A DNA stretch of 64,000 bases from Planktothrix sp. GU0601_MAG3 (GCA_035193785.1 CP136572.1:4244578-4308577), one strand, 5' to 3'; shown: positions 33,268 to 45,408, counted from the first letter of the stretch. Notes: generated by a model from the sequence alone, not told the origin. Numbers and translations are program-made.

Positions 33268-33477
33268 GTGAGGGGTCAGGATTAATTGAACCACAAAGAC
33301 TCAAGGACACAAAGAGGTTGTAAATATAACTAGCTGATTGGTATCAGGGTTAAATGTGACAATTCTTAACACCATTTCTCAGGAAATTAGTTTAATATCA
33401 AAAATTAGGCGGTTTTTCTTGGTGCTTTAATTAGCAAGACGCCTATTGTTGAATTTAGCTTTGGGATTAAAATTTTA

Positions 33478-34200
33478 ATGAGCGTTAACTTAGCAACCCA
33501 ACTGCGAGAAGGCACGAAGAAGTCTCACACCATGGCGGAAAACGTTGGTTTTATCAAGTGCTTTTTAAAAGGTACGGTAGAAAAGACGTCTTACCGGAAA
33601 TTGGCAGGAAATCTCTATTTTGTCTACTCCGCAATGGAAGAAGAAATGGAGCGCCACCGTAACCACCCAATTTTATCTAAATTGTATTTTCCTGAACTGA
33701 ATCGCAAACAAAGTTTAGAGCAGGATTTATACTTTTATCATGGTGCAAATTGGAAAGAAGAAGTACAACCTTCTGAAGCCACAAAAGCCTATGTTGCTCG
33801 AATTCGAGAAATCTCTAATTCTGAACCAGAATTGTTAATTGCCCATCTCTATACTCGCTATTTGGGAGATTTGTCCGGGGGGCAAATTCTGAAGGGAATT
33901 GCTCAAAACGCGATGAACTTACAGGATGGACAGGGAACTCAGTTTTACGAGTTTAATGATATTCCCGACGAAAAAGCATTTAAGGTCAATTATCGTCAAC
34001 AAATGGATAGCGTTGATATTGATCAAGATACGGCGACTCGCATTGTCGATGAAGCCAACGATGCCTTTGGGATGAACATGAAAATGTTCAGCGAATTAGA
34101 GGGAAATTTAGTTAAAGCCATTGGTCAAATGTTATTTAATACCTTAACTCGTCGCCGGACAAAAGGGGCAACGGAAGGGTTAGCAACTGCTGTGGAATAA
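33478..34200 (+). CDS. ho1: Heme oxygenase (ferredoxin-dependent)
   Basis: LREGTKKSHTMAEN, YTRYLGDLSGGQ. Confidence 0.95.
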   Translation: MSVNLATQLREGTKKSHTMAENVGFIKCFLKGTVEKTSYRKLAGNLYFVYSAMEEEMERHRNHPILSKLYFPELNRKQSLEQDLYFYHGANWKEEVQPSEATKAYVARIREISNSEPELLIAHLYTRYLGDLSGGQILKGIAQNAMNLQDGQGTQFYEFNDIPDEKAFKVNYRQQMDSVDIDQDTATRIVDEANDAFGMNMKMFSELEGNLVKAIGQMLFNTLTRRRTKGATEGLATAVE

Positions 34201-34297
34201 TTAGTTATAGCAGGCGCCAGGCAACGTCAGGTTGGCGAGATCAGTCTTCTTCCTAACCGTTCTGGAGACTGCTATAAAATACTATAAAACAAATTAG

Positions 34298-34342
34298 TCC
34301 TGAACGCAAGAATTTGCCTTGTGTTCGGGATTAATTTTTTTT
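34298..34342 (+). terminator. Rho-independent terminator after heme oxygenase
   Basis: tcctgaacgcaag...cttgtgttcggga followed by a T-run. Confidence 0.65.
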
Positions 34343-34421
34343 CTAGGGAAATAAGAGCAAGAGGAAAATAAAAGAAACCACAGTTTGTTGAATGATGGGT
34401 CTTTTATTTTTTGATATCCGC

Positions 34422-34979
34422 TTACTGACTAACCACTTGCTGGGTGTTTTTTTGTCGATGTAGGGCATAGAGTTGGAAGAAAACAACCATCCCTACAATA
34501 AAGCTACCCGTCACAGCAATAGCTGTATTGATGGGTAAATTATTTTTGAATACGGCGAGTAAAACAATCACCAATAAAAGTACCGTTGGTACTTCATTTA
34601 AACTGCGGAATTGTTGACTGGTGAATATAATTTTATTCGTGGCTAATTGTCGCATAATTCGACCACAATAAAAATGATAGGCGACTAAAACCGCAACTAA
34701 TCCTAATTTAATATGTAGCCACATATCTTGTAAAAGGCTGGGTTGTGTGATTAAAAGGGCGATTGCCATCACCACCGTCACCACCATACCCGGGGTGGTA
34801 ATAATCCCATAAAGACGCTTTTCCATCAATTCATATTGTTCTTTTAAAATACTGCGGGCGGGTTCGGGTTTTTCTTCCGCTTCGGCGTGATAAACAAATA
34901 ATCTCACCAGATAAAATAAACCCGCAAACCAGACAACCATTCCGATGATATGAAAGGATTTAAACCAAAAATAAGTCAT
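34422..34979 (-). CDS. hemJ: Protoporphyrinogen IX oxidase HemJ
   Basis: WFKSFHII..VVWFAGLFYLVRLFVYH, MEKRL, NEVPT. Confidence 0.95.
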   Translation of the reverse strand: MTYFWFKSFHIIGMVVWFAGLFYLVRLFVYHAEAEEKPEPARSILKEQYELMEKRLYGIITTPGMVVTVVMAIALLITQPSLLQDMWLHIKLGLVAVLVAYHFYCGRIMRQLATNKIIFTSQQFRSLNEVPTVLLLVIVLLAVFKNNLPINTAIAVTGSFIVGMVVFFQLYALHRQKNTQQVVSQ

Positions 34980-35298
34980 ATATCCAATAAAATCCTCAAC
35001 AATAAAGATGGTATAAACCACCTTACCGGATTCTGGACAATCTAGCAATTAAATCGCCCAGGATAATTTTTTAACATACTAATAGAGGTTAATCCAAAGC
35101 CATATAATTCCGCTTCCGGTTGCGTTGTGTAGCCTTGAAAATTCCGTTTTCAGGATGAATTTCCCTAGGCGATCGCTAATTCATCATTGGGTTTTGCAAA
35201 GTCATCCATACCCCAGGGGAAATTTTGGGAAACCCCCTAGACAAAATAAAAATTATATAGTTCAATAACTAAATAGTGATATTTAAGGAATCGCAGCG

Positions 35299-36376
35299 AT
35301 GGTAAATACTATCCAAACCCCCGAAACTCAAGAACTGCGCCCCGGGATTAAAAATCCGGTTCAAGAGACGTTGCTGACCCCTCGCTTCTACACGACGGAC
35401 TTTGACGCGATGGCAAATATGGACTTATCCACCTCCGAGGAGGAATTTTCGGCGGTTTTAGAGGAGTTGCGGGCGGACTATAACCGCCATCATTTCGTGC
35501 GAGACGAACAATTTAACCAAAGTTGGGAACAAATTGACCAGAGAAACTCGCCTGGCGTTTGTTGACTTTTTAGAACGGTCTTGTACCTCGGAATTTTCTG
35601 GATTTTTATTATTTAAAGAGTTATCTCGTCAACTAAAAAATCGCAACCCTTTATTATCAGAAGCGTTTCATTTATTAGCCCGGGATGAAGCCCGTCATGC
35701 GGGGTTTATTAATAAGGCGATGTCGGATTTTAATTTATCCTTAGACTTAGGCTATTTAACTAAAAACCGGACTTATACTTTCTTTAAACCGGAGTGGATT
35801 ATTTTCGCGGTTTATTTATCGGAAAAAATTGGATATTGGCGTTATATTACGGTGTTTCGTCATTTAGAAAACCATCCCGAACATGAATATTATCCTTTAT
35901 TCCGTTATTTTGAAAATTGGTGTCAGGATGAAAACCGTCATGGGGATTTCTTTAAGGTTTTATTGCGTTCTCAACCGCAAATGTGGCAAAGTTGGCAAGG
36001 TAGACTTTGGGCAAGATTTTTCCTATTAACCGTGTTTGCTACCCATACTTTAACCGTTAATGAAAGAGGAGATTTCTATGAAACTTTAGGGTTAGACGCT
36101 AAGGAATATAATCGTCATGTGGTGCGGAAAACTAATGAGACATCTTTACGGGCATTTCCCGAGGTTTTAAATACAGAACACCCGGACTTTTTCCGTCGTT
36201 TAGAACAGTGTTCTGAGAATAATGTTAAGAATCAAAAAATTGATGCTACCGAAAAACCAAAATTTGTTAAATTCCTATTAAAACTGCCCACAAATTGTTC
36301 GACTTTGTGGAATTTACTAAGAATTTACTTAGCTAAACCCATTAATGCAGAAGCATTACGGGCAGAAGTTCATTAA
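35299..36376 (+). CDS. acsF: Mg-protoporphyrin IX monomethyl ester cyclase (probably low-O2 ChlA-II type); apparent frameshift at 35543
   Basis: [36 protein letters not shown]. Confidence 0.94.
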
Positions 36377-36437
36377 TATTTTCACGCAAAACTAGGGTTT
36401 TATCTATTATGTTAAAACCTTAGTTTTTAATTAAAAA

Positions 36438-37181
36438 TTAATCATGAATTGTGCCATCGGGCATCACCGCCCCATGGAGATTAGCATGGGTTAAAATCGT
36501 CCGAGTTAAGTCCGCACTTTGTAAATTAGCCCCGGATAAATTCGCCCCGCTAAAATCGGCATAACTTAAATCGGCATCTTTGAAATTCACGCCACTGAGG
36601 TTAGTATTATAGCTTTGTTCGGAACTTAAAACCCCTAAACCTGAAACTCCAAAAATAGCATGACAGAGCTTGGCTTTTTCAAAGTTAGCTTGTTCTAAAA
36701 CAGCCCCACTAAAATTAGCATAACTCAAATCGGCTTCCACTAGAATTGCATCGGTTAAATCCGTTTGTTGATTATGGTTAGGGCGAAAATTAGCCTCAAA
36801 AATAATAGAGTGGGAAAGATTGGCATTTTTTAAATTACATCCCGATAAACAGGCTTTCATTAGTTGAGTTTTTTCTAGGGATGTTTTAATTAATTTTGCT
36901 CCCGTTAGGTCGGCTTCTCGTAACTGAGCTTGATATAAATTGGCTTCGCTTAAATCAGCCCCCCAAAGAATGGTTTCACTGAGGTTAGCCTGGAATAAAT
37001 TAGCCTTAGAAAGCTTGGCTTTTCCCAATCTTGCTTCCCGCAAATCGGCATAACTTAAGTTTGCTCCGGTTAGGTTTAAATTAACTAAATTCGCTTCTTG
37101 TAAATCAACATAAGATAGGTCAATATCAGGAAAATTCCGCTCGGCGGCGGCGTATCTGCGGAGAAATTCATCAACATTCAT
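36438..37181 (-). CDS. Pentapeptide repeat protein
   Basis: A(D/N)Lxx repeats; RYAAAERNF start and MPDG end. Confidence 0.92.
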   Translation of the reverse strand: MNVDEFLRRYAAAERNFPDIDLSYVDLQEANLVNLNLTGANLSYADLREARLGKAKLSKANLFQANLSETILWGADLSEANLYQAQLREADLTGAKLIKTSLEKTQLMKACLSGCNLKNANLSHSIIFEANFRPNHNQQTDLTDAILVEADLSYANFSGAVLEQANFEKAKLCHAIFGVSGLGVLSSEQSYNTNLSGVNFKDADLSYADFSGANLSGANLQSADLTRTILTHANLHGAVMPDGTIHD

Positions 37182-37214
37182 AATAATATTAAGTTAAATC
37201 AATAAAAAAACAAA

Positions 37215-37587
37215 CTAAACGGCAGATTTAACCGCCCTAAGTTGTTTCTAACTGTTGGTTTTGTTGCTGTATTTGAACCACTAAAGATTCACAGACTAAA
37301 TCACAAACTTCAAATAAAAGGGGATTAGCAATTTCATAATACACGCTGACACCTTGTTGGTTGCGGGTCACAATTCCCGCCTGGGCTAAAAGTTTTAAAT
37401 GTTTAGAAACATTCGCCTGTCCTAACCCGGTGGCTTCAATAATTTGGGTGACATTTTTAGCCCCAGATTTTAGACAGCAAATAATTTGTAACCGACTTAC
37501 TTCTGATAACACTTTAAAAAAGTCTGCCATCAAGGCTAAGGCGGCGGGAGATAATTGTAAATAATCGCAGGTTGGGGTAAGTTGCAT
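37215..37587 (-). CDS. ArsR/SmtB transcriptional regulator; probable frameshift at 37244
   Basis: FKVLSEVSRLQI, QANVSKHL; corrected end LEQLRAVKSAV. Confidence 0.88.
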
Positions 37588-37723
37588 GAATTTTAAACTG
37601 GGGTGGGTGATGGGTAGGACTCAATGGCATTATTGATATTACTTGTCTATTATATTACCACGTTATCTAATTATTTAAAAATTCTAGGTAGAGATGTTAA
37701 CGAAAACGTCTCTACCTGGAATT

Positions 37724-39149
37724 TTAAATGGGATTTTCGTTCTTTCTTTTCTCGCTTAATTGTAGTAAAATATTTGCATGAACTTCTTTTGTAATTGGAT
37801 ATAAAAAAGTAAAAATCATCCCAATCATCAGGATAATGGTGGGTAAGGGGCCAATGGCAAACCGAATTGCTAACATGGCTGAATCTGGTTGAATAGGGGC
37901 TGGTTGGCCGGGAACTGTAGAAAGAAATCCCGCAAAACTTAAGGCTTGTCCGACCAAAAATAACCCCACGGCTAACCCAATTTTTTGCAATAAAACCATG
38001 AAAGAATAGAAGACACCTTCCCGTCTTTGTCCGGTATTTAATTCATCTAAATCGATAACATCAGGAATCATTGACCAAGGAACTAAATAGGCCGTTGAGA
38101 CCCCACATCCGGCTAAAATTGCTAGAATATACATCAAGCCAACCTGTCCGGGTTGGAGGAAAAATAAACCCGCTTGGGCAATAATCCACACCCCCATTCC
38201 CATAAAATAAACGGACTTTTTCCCATAGCGTTTACTAACAGAACTCCAGACAAATAACATCACTAAAGCTGTTCCTTGAACTGCAATTGCCACCTGGGGA
38301 AAAGTTGCTTCCGGCATCTGCATCCAATTGACTACAAAATAGGGTAAAATTGAGGCGGTAAGTTGAACTCCTAACCAGGAACAAAGATAAATTCCAATCA
38401 CCAATAAAAAGGGTCGATTACTCAAGGCAATTTTAATTTGTTCCGCCAGGGGAATGTTATCGGAATCATCCTGATTGTTTACTACGGAATTTCCCGACAA
38501 TACTCGCTTTCGGGTTCCCAAAAAACACCAAAACAGGGGAATAACCGATATGATCGCACAAACTGCCCCTAAAACTAAATATTTTTGATAGGGAGAATCG
38601 GGAAATAAACTAAAAATAATTTGTGCTAAAATTAAGGAGAAAATACTACCACTGATGGAAAAGGAAAAGCGAAAACTATTGAGGCTGGTGCGTTCATTAT
38701 AGTCCGATGTTAACTCAGGAGTTAGGGCGGTATAAGGTAAATTAACGGCGGTGTAAGCGGTATTAAATAAAATCCCAATAATCACATAATACCAAAACAA
38801 AAACCATTGATTATTACTCGGAACAATCCACTGTAAAAAGAACAAAATTCCAAAGGGAAACCGCACCAAAAACCATCCAAGGATAACGCCTTCCCCAAGG
38901 GTGAACCGTGCGATCGCTTAATACTCCCACAATCGGATCATTAATGGCATCCCAAATTTTTCCCACCATTAATACACTTCCAGCTAATCCAGCAGGTAAA
39001 CCCGCAACATTAGTTAGAAAAACCATCACAAAAAATACAGAAATATTAGCGGTAATTGCGGGGCCCAAATCCCCCGCACCAAAGGCTAATTTAGTTGATA
39101 AATTTAGCTTTTGGGGCGGAGAAACCGTTGGAGAAGGTATGGAATTCAT
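37724..39149 (-). CDS. MFS glycoside-pentoside-hexuronide (MelB-like) transporter; apparent frameshift at 38857
   Basis: WDAINDP..G.LSDRT..WGRR, ELT.DYNERT, TGQRREG. Confidence 0.9.
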
Positions 39150-39353
39150 GGGAATTAATATGAGAGAGTATTGTCAACTTAAAACCAAAACCCGATGGCT
39201 AACAATTAGGATATCCTAAAATGATATGCTGTTACGGATTTAAACCTGATTACCCGATTTAGCTACAGGGGTTTTGCGATTTCCCAATCACCAATTTAGA
39301 TGCTGAACAGTCTATGCTAATTTAATCATAAATAATTAGGGAGAAATAAAATT

Positions 39354-39956
39354 ATGGCTGCTTTGGGCGATCGCTTTAATCGCATGATGGGGAAAACCCG
39401 ATTTGTTGTCAGTCGTTTGTTTCTGCATTTAGGAGGTGATCAGGTCGCGCCGCTATTAGGGGTGCTCAACCAAGCCGCTAGAAACACCATTGATGCTGAG
39501 GGAGATTTGCAGGTGACAGGGGAAGCGTTAGTGGAGGTCTGCCAAGGTCTGCTGCAATATGATAGCTATTGGCAGTCCGGGGGCAATGAAGGGGATGTGG
39601 TTTGGAGTGAGGGCGAGGCAGCGGACTACTTTAACGAACTGTTCACGGATTCGGGCCAACGGTATTTAAGCCAGCCGGATTTTTCCCAACCCCTGGATGA
39701 AAGTCAATATCTATCCCTACCAATTACCCACAATTTAATCGTGATGATTACCATAGTTAGTGAAGGAGAAGTTCCCGAATTAGAAACGGATTTAGCAAGT
39801 TTAGAGGCAATGAATAATGGGTTGAAAGCAATTATTAATTTGCATTATCAACACCGACTTCGAGGGATTCAAGTACATTTTTCCCCGGCCGTTTTAGGAG
39901 ATGAATTAACCGACGACCAATTATTAGAGAACTTTCCCGAACTGATTCCCCTTTAA
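39354..39956 (+). CDS. DUF1517-family protein
   Basis: C-terminal SP....DELTDDQLLENFPELIPL. Confidence 0.7.
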   Translation: MAALGDRFNRMMGKTRFVVSRLFLHLGGDQVAPLLGVLNQAARNTIDAEGDLQVTGEALVEVCQGLLQYDSYWQSGGNEGDVVWSEGEAADYFNELFTDSGQRYLSQPDFSQPLDESQYLSLPITHNLIVMITIVSEGEVPELETDLASLEAMNNGLKAIINLHYQHRLRGIQVHFSPAVLGDELTDDQLLENFPELIPL

Positions 39957-40033
39957 GGAATATTATCGGTTGATCTGGAAGTAAAAAAAGAGTGACCCAT
40001 TCGGGATTTTTTTGTTAGAATAGGAATAGATAG

Positions 40034-40910
40034 ATGTTGAAAAAAGTTAATGGGTTTATGTGGAAAAAAATTTTAATTCTGTTGATTTCGGTAATGTTTT
40101 GTTGGACAACGGTTGCTTGTGGGTCAACCACAACTTCATCTAACCCCCAACAATCTGCTCGCACCGCATCGGCGCCCCAAAATCAAGTTATGGAGGGTAA
40201 ATATCCGGTTCAGCAAGCCCAATATAATGATGTCGATGGGGAGTATACCCTGATGTTATTAAATACTCCGGCGGGTAAATCTGCCACCTATCGGACGACG
40301 GATTTACAAATGGCGCAGTTAAGCGACGAACAAATTAAAGCCGGAGAAAAAAGCACTTTAAATATTACCAATGGTCAACCCATTTTGTATTTAACCGAAG
40401 ACTTTCGGATTGAATATGTTCATAATGTTACCGAAACTCAAACCAACCCCACCACAGGTCAACCGCAAACCGTTGTCGTGCGTCAAGAATCGAGTTTCTG
40501 GACACCCTTTGCCGCCTCTTTCGCCGGAAGTGCGATCGCCAATAGCTTATTTGCCCCCCGCTATTATGTCCCTCCAATGTATCAACCCGGCGGTATAATG
40601 ACCGGATATGGCGGTTACGGTTCCAATTATAATCAAGCGGTCAACGACTATCGGACTCGATACAATAGCCCCCCGGCGGCGGTAAAAAATAGCACCACCC
40701 TACGCACCACCGGAAATATTCGCAATTCCAACTCCTCCGGTAAGCGTTCCACCTCCCCCAATTCCAGCCGTTTCAACGGGTTCTGGGTTCGGAGCCACGG
40801 ATTTACGCACCTCCCCGAATACAGGTTCAACCCAACAGCGCAAACCCAGTTTTGGCAGTAGTTCCCGCAGTCGCTCCTCCTCTGGAAGTAGCAGCAGAAG
40901 ACGCCGTTAA
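40034..40910 (+). CDS. Hypothetical lipoprotein with Ser/Arg-rich tail; apparent frameshift at 40770
   Basis: Lipobox TVAC; corrected tail RSTGSGFG...SSSRRRR. Confidence 0.75.
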
Positions 40911-41158
40911 TCGTAGTGAGCCCGACCGGGCTCCTGCTTCCTTTCAACAATTTGATTCGAGATCACCACAACTGATAGAGTTTGATGGGGAAAAAGCGAT
41001 CGCTTCTTGAGAAGAAAGCCAACCTGTGAGGAGAGTTAAATTGAGTATTCACCCTTTAGAATTAAAACTAATATCAAATCCCAATCAGCAGGAGATAATT
41101 AACTCGGAAAAAGATTGGCACAACACAATTATTTTAGTTGACTATGTTTCCAAGTCAG

Positions 41159-42118
41159 AACTTTTTTGAGGGACGAGCTAAATTTCCCCGATTCAAATCC
41201 AAGCATCATAAACAATCTATTCAATATCCCCAGAGTGTTACCATTGTTAATCAAACTCTAAAGGTTCCTAAGATTGGTGAAATTCCAGGAATATTTCACA
41301 GGAAAATCACAGGAACAATTAAAACAGTAACAATTTCTAAAACTCCGACTAACAAATATTTTGCTTCTATTTTGTGTGAAGTAGAAGCAACTGAGTTAAA
41401 GGAATTAGGGGATAAAATTATTGGGATTGATCTAGGATTAAAGGATTTTGCGATTGTTAATGATGGAGAAAATGTAACTAAATATGCCAATCCGAAACAT
41501 TTAAAGCGTCATCAAAAAAATCTAGCTCGAAAACAGAAAAAACTCTGTCGAAAAACTCAAGGAAGTAAGTCAAGACAGGAATCCAAAAAAAATGTAGCTA
41601 AGGTTCATGAAAGAATAGCCAATTCCCGCCAAGATTTCTTGCATAAATTATCAAGAAAATTGGTAAACGAAAGTCAAGTGATTGTCGTTGAAAATCTCAA
41701 CATCAAGGGTATGGTTAAGAACCGGAAGCTATCAAAAGTAATATCTGACGTGGGCTGGGGAATGTTTGTGAATTTTGTGAATTACAAACTTCAACAAAGA
41801 AGCGGTAAATTGATAGAAGTTGGTCGCTTTTTCCCCAGTTCTAAAACTTGTTCCTGCTGTAGTTATGTCATAGATGAGTTATCTCTGGATATCAGAGAAT
41901 GGGATTGCCCAAATTGCCATACTCATCATAACCGTGACGAAAACGCTGCACTTAACATCTCCGAATGAGGGAATCAGGATATTAACTGAAGACGGAGGGA
42001 ACCCCGTCTTTGCCGATGGAGGCCGTGTAAGTCCACCAGCTTGTAAAAGTAAGGGGCATCGGTCTGTGAATTCGCTGATCCTATACCGACCCGATTAGGG
42101 CGGTGTAGGTAGTTTCAC
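41159..42118 (+). mobile_element. tnpB: 5'-truncated IS200/IS605-family tnpB element with right end
   Basis: GIDLG, VVENL, CxxC..CxxC, RDENAALNI; N-terminus missing; right-end hairpin and GTAGT(T)TCAC terminus. Confidence 0.85.
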
Positions 42119-42156
42119 AGGAATCTTCTGATTTGGAGGAATAGGCGATCGCAAAA

Positions 42157-42717
42157 TTAAAAGGCAGAAGAATCGCTAGTAAAATAAATATGACCTAGGG
42201 TTTTTCCCTGATAAACTCGTTTGGTTAAACGCCAACCCGGTTCCAAAATTATTTTAGCGAAACCACTCGTAAATCCATAGGTTCTGCCAATAATAATTGG
42301 TGGCGCGTAGGCATCAGCCCGGGACTGGGCGACCAGTAAAATATCATTAGGGGTACTTTGAACACTCAACGCATGGGAGAGCGCCAAATCCGTTCCGGCC
42401 ATTCTCACCGAATAACCATTACTATCGGTAGCCCGTCCACAAATGCCAGTAAAATCAAAATTCAGCAGTAACGGATCAACCATAGTGGGCTGACCACCGC
42501 TTTCACTCCAACAGGGGCGACGATCCGAGACCTGTTCCACAATTACTAAAGTATGTCCAAAGGCGCGAGGCACAGCGATCGCCACAAACCGATCCTGATC
42601 CACCTCTTTTTGGTCAAAATCAAAGGCGATCGCATTCAATGTAAAACCCAGGACTGATATCCCGATGATCAATGCTGTAATAGTTTGCTTCAGTGCCAAT
42701 TTCATTTGTATCTGCAC
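42157..42717 (-). CDS. DUF3747-family secreted protein
   Basis: VDPLLLNFDFTGICGRATDSNGYSVR. Confidence 0.85.
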   Translation of the reverse strand: MQIQMKLALKQTITALIIGISVLGFTLNAIAFDFDQKEVDQDRFVAIAVPRAFGHTLVIVEQVSDRRPCWSESGGQPTMVDPLLLNFDFTGICGRATDSNGYSVRMAGTDLALSHALSVQSTPNDILLVAQSRADAYAPPIIIGRTYGFTSGFAKIILEPGWRLTKRVYQGKTLGHIYFTSDSSAF

Positions 42718-42753
42718 CGTCTAATGGCGGTACGAATTTAGTCTAAACACTCT

Positions 42754-43665
42754 CTAAAACCCAACCGGAACCACTAAACCCTCCCGTGCCATAATTGCCT
42801 GGGGAGATACCGCTTTGACTTCCTGTTCTATCTGATCCAGAAAGTCATCACTATGGCTGGGGTCATGGTGAAAAATGACTACTCGCTTAACTCCGGCGGC
42901 TTTAGCCATCTTTACCGCCTCTTGCCAAGTGGAATGTCCCCAACCGATTTTCGGAGATTTAGGATTATGATACTCCTCATCGCTATACATAGCATCGTAG
43001 ATCAAAATATCGGCATTTTTAGACAGATTTAAGACATTCTCGTCCAAGCCATCGGGGAGATGTTCGGTATCGGAACAATAAACCGCCGTCCGTCCCTTCC
43101 AGGTCACCCGGTAACCCATGGCTGTATTGGGATGGTTTAGTTGTCCAGTTTCAATCAGAATATCATCCAACATCATCGAATCTCCGGGCTTAAGTGTATA
43201 GAATCTCAAGTCACCTTGCAGTCCCGTCAGGGGAACTGGAGAATTAGGATGCAAAATTCGGTCGATAAAATGTTGTTTCATCGAGTCCCCATCCGGTGGA
43301 ATTGCCCCATAGATATGAAAGCAATTGCCCCGCATAAAAGCCGGGGTAAATAGGGGAAATCCTTGAATATGATCCCAGTGGTAGTGGGTAAAAAACATAT
43401 AGGCTTCCACGGGAGCTTCTTTGAGTAAATCATCTCCTAGGAGTCGCAGGCCAGTTCCGCCATCAAAAATCAAGCGTTTACCAGCCACTCGCATTTCCAA
43501 ACAGGAGGTGTTACCCCCATAACGAATCGTCTCTTTTCCGGGGGTAGGAACACTGCCCCTAACCCCCCAAAACTGGATCACAAAATCCTCGGGTTTAGAA
43601 TCGGGAGTAGATAAATCAGAGAGCTTCTGAGGGTTAGCCCCCACAGACGATAGGCTGGTTTCCAT
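42754..43665 (-). CDS. MBL-fold metallo-hydrolase
   Basis: FWGVRGS, THYHWDHIQG, WGHS, FHHDP. Confidence 0.9.
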   Translation of the reverse strand: METSLSSVGANPQKLSDLSTPDSKPEDFVIQFWGVRGSVPTPGKETIRYGGNTSCLEMRVAGKRLIFDGGTGLRLLGDDLLKEAPVEAYMFFTHYHWDHIQGFPLFTPAFMRGNCFHIYGAIPPDGDSMKQHFIDRILHPNSPVPLTGLQGDLRFYTLKPGDSMMLDDILIETGQLNHPNTAMGYRVTWKGRTAVYCSDTEHLPDGLDENVLNLSKNADILIYDAMYSDEEYHNPKSPKIGWGHSTWQEAVKMAKAAGVKRVVIFHHDPSHSDDFLDQIEQEVKAVSPQAIMAREGLVVPVGF

Positions 43666-43666
43666 T

Positions 43667-44768
43667 TTATTCTTCCGGCTTCAAAGTTCCACACTGACCA
43701 TGATGACGCAGTAAATGATCGCACAACACAAGGGCAACCATGGCTTCCACCATTGGCACAGCCCGAGGTAAAACACAGGGGTCATGCCGTCCTTTCGCCG
43801 ACAACAACGTTTCCTCTCCCTCCTGGGTGACGGTGCGTTGCTCCTTCCGAATTGTAGCAGTTGGCTTAAATGCTACTCGGATAATAATATTTTCTCCATT
43901 AGAAATGCCACCCTGAATTCCACCTGATCGATTGGTTACGGTTTCGGACTGTACCCGCAGGATCGACATAAAATTCATCATTATGTTGACTGCCTGTGAG
44001 CAGAGTCCCAGCAAAGCCAGAGCCAATTTCAAATCCCTTACTGGCGGGTAAAGACATTACCCCTTTGGCTAGATCTGCTTCTAGTTTATCAAAGACTGGA
44101 GATCCGAGTCCTAAAGGAACATTTCGGGCAACACACTCCACCACGCCACCAATGGAGTCCCCCTGATCCCGAACCTGTTCAATCCGTTTTATCATGGTTT
44201 CCGCACAATTGCCATCGGGACAACGGACAATATTACTTTCCACTTGATCTAGGGTAACGGTATTCGGATCAATCACTCCTTCGATATCTTGAATCCGTTT
44301 CACATAACCAATAATTTCTACCCCGGCGTATTGTTTGAGAATTTGTTTGGCGATCGCCCCAGCCGCTACCCGTCCAATGGTTTCTCGGGCGGAAGATCGT
44401 CCCCCCCCTTGCCAATTTCTAATCCCGTATTTCGCATCATAAGTGGCATCGGCATGGGAAGGGCGATATTTAACCGCCATATCACTATAGTCCTGGGGGC
44501 GAGTATCCTGGTTGCGCACCATAATCATAATCGGAGTGCCCAAGGTTCGGCCCTCAAACACGCCGCTGAGAATATCACAGGTATCGGTTTCTTTGCGGGG
44601 AGTGGTGATCTTACTTTGTCCGGGCCGACGTCGATCCAGTTCCGCCTGAATGTCTTTGATATCAAGTTTTAATCGGGGAGGGCAACCATCAATCACAACT
44701 CCCACCGCCCCACCGTGGGATTCTCCAAAGGTTGTGATCCGAAACAAATGCCCAAATGTGTTGCCCAT
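43667..44768 (-). CDS. aroC: Chorismate synthase; apparent frameshift at 43941
   Basis: [26 protein letters not shown]. Confidence 0.97.
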
Positions 44769-44947
44769 AATGGTTGTGTTTATTTTGCCAAACTCTTTAT
44801 TTTAGCAGATATGGAGCCAAACCAGACCTGAAACCTGTGGAAAATATATTAAAGACGTACCTAAAGCTTTGGAGAGTATCGAGAAAACATCAGACAAAAC
44901 ATCAGAGACGCGCCGTGGCACGTCTCTACAGATATCCCCAACCCCAT

Positions 44948-45039
44948 CAGGACTTACGCAAATTTGGGGATGTAACCCCAGATATAGGGGTGATTTATGA
45001 ATTACCTCTACTATTGATAGCGGTGATGCGTAAGTCCTG
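44948..45039. mobile_element. 92-bp MITE with 13-bp TIRs and 5-bp target duplication
   Basis: caggacttacgca...tgcgtaagtcctg flanked by cccat on both sides. Confidence 0.75.
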
Positions 45040-45045
45040 CCCATG

Positions 45046-45177
45046 TTAGTCTTCGTGTTCTTCAAAGGGGTCGCGCAGGTCGGTAGAAGCGGGGCCGAAA
45101 GCGGTGTAAATCGCATATCCCGTCATGGCGACCACAACCACGGCGATAGAAATACTCAGAGTTAATGCGGGTTCCAT
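45046..45177 (-). CDS. psbN: Photosystem II assembly protein PsbN
   Basis: Manual translation [43 protein letters not shown]. Confidence 0.97.
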   Translation of the reverse strand: MEPALTLSISIAVVVVAMTGYAIYTAFGPASTDLRDPFEEHED

Positions 45178-45408
45178 GATGATTAGTCTCTTGTTATTCG
45201 TATGCTTCTATAATAAAATATTCAGAAAACTTAAGACAATTTAACAATTGTTTCGGTGCTGGAGCCAGGATATTATGTTTAACCCGATATGGGGACACCT
45301 AAATCGGTTAACATGAGCCTAAGCCTCCCATCTGTTTCCTAGCTTGGAGCGGTGAGAGTGTCCAAAATCCAGAAAAAATTTTGTTGACGTAAAAAATTTA
45401 GGTGAACT

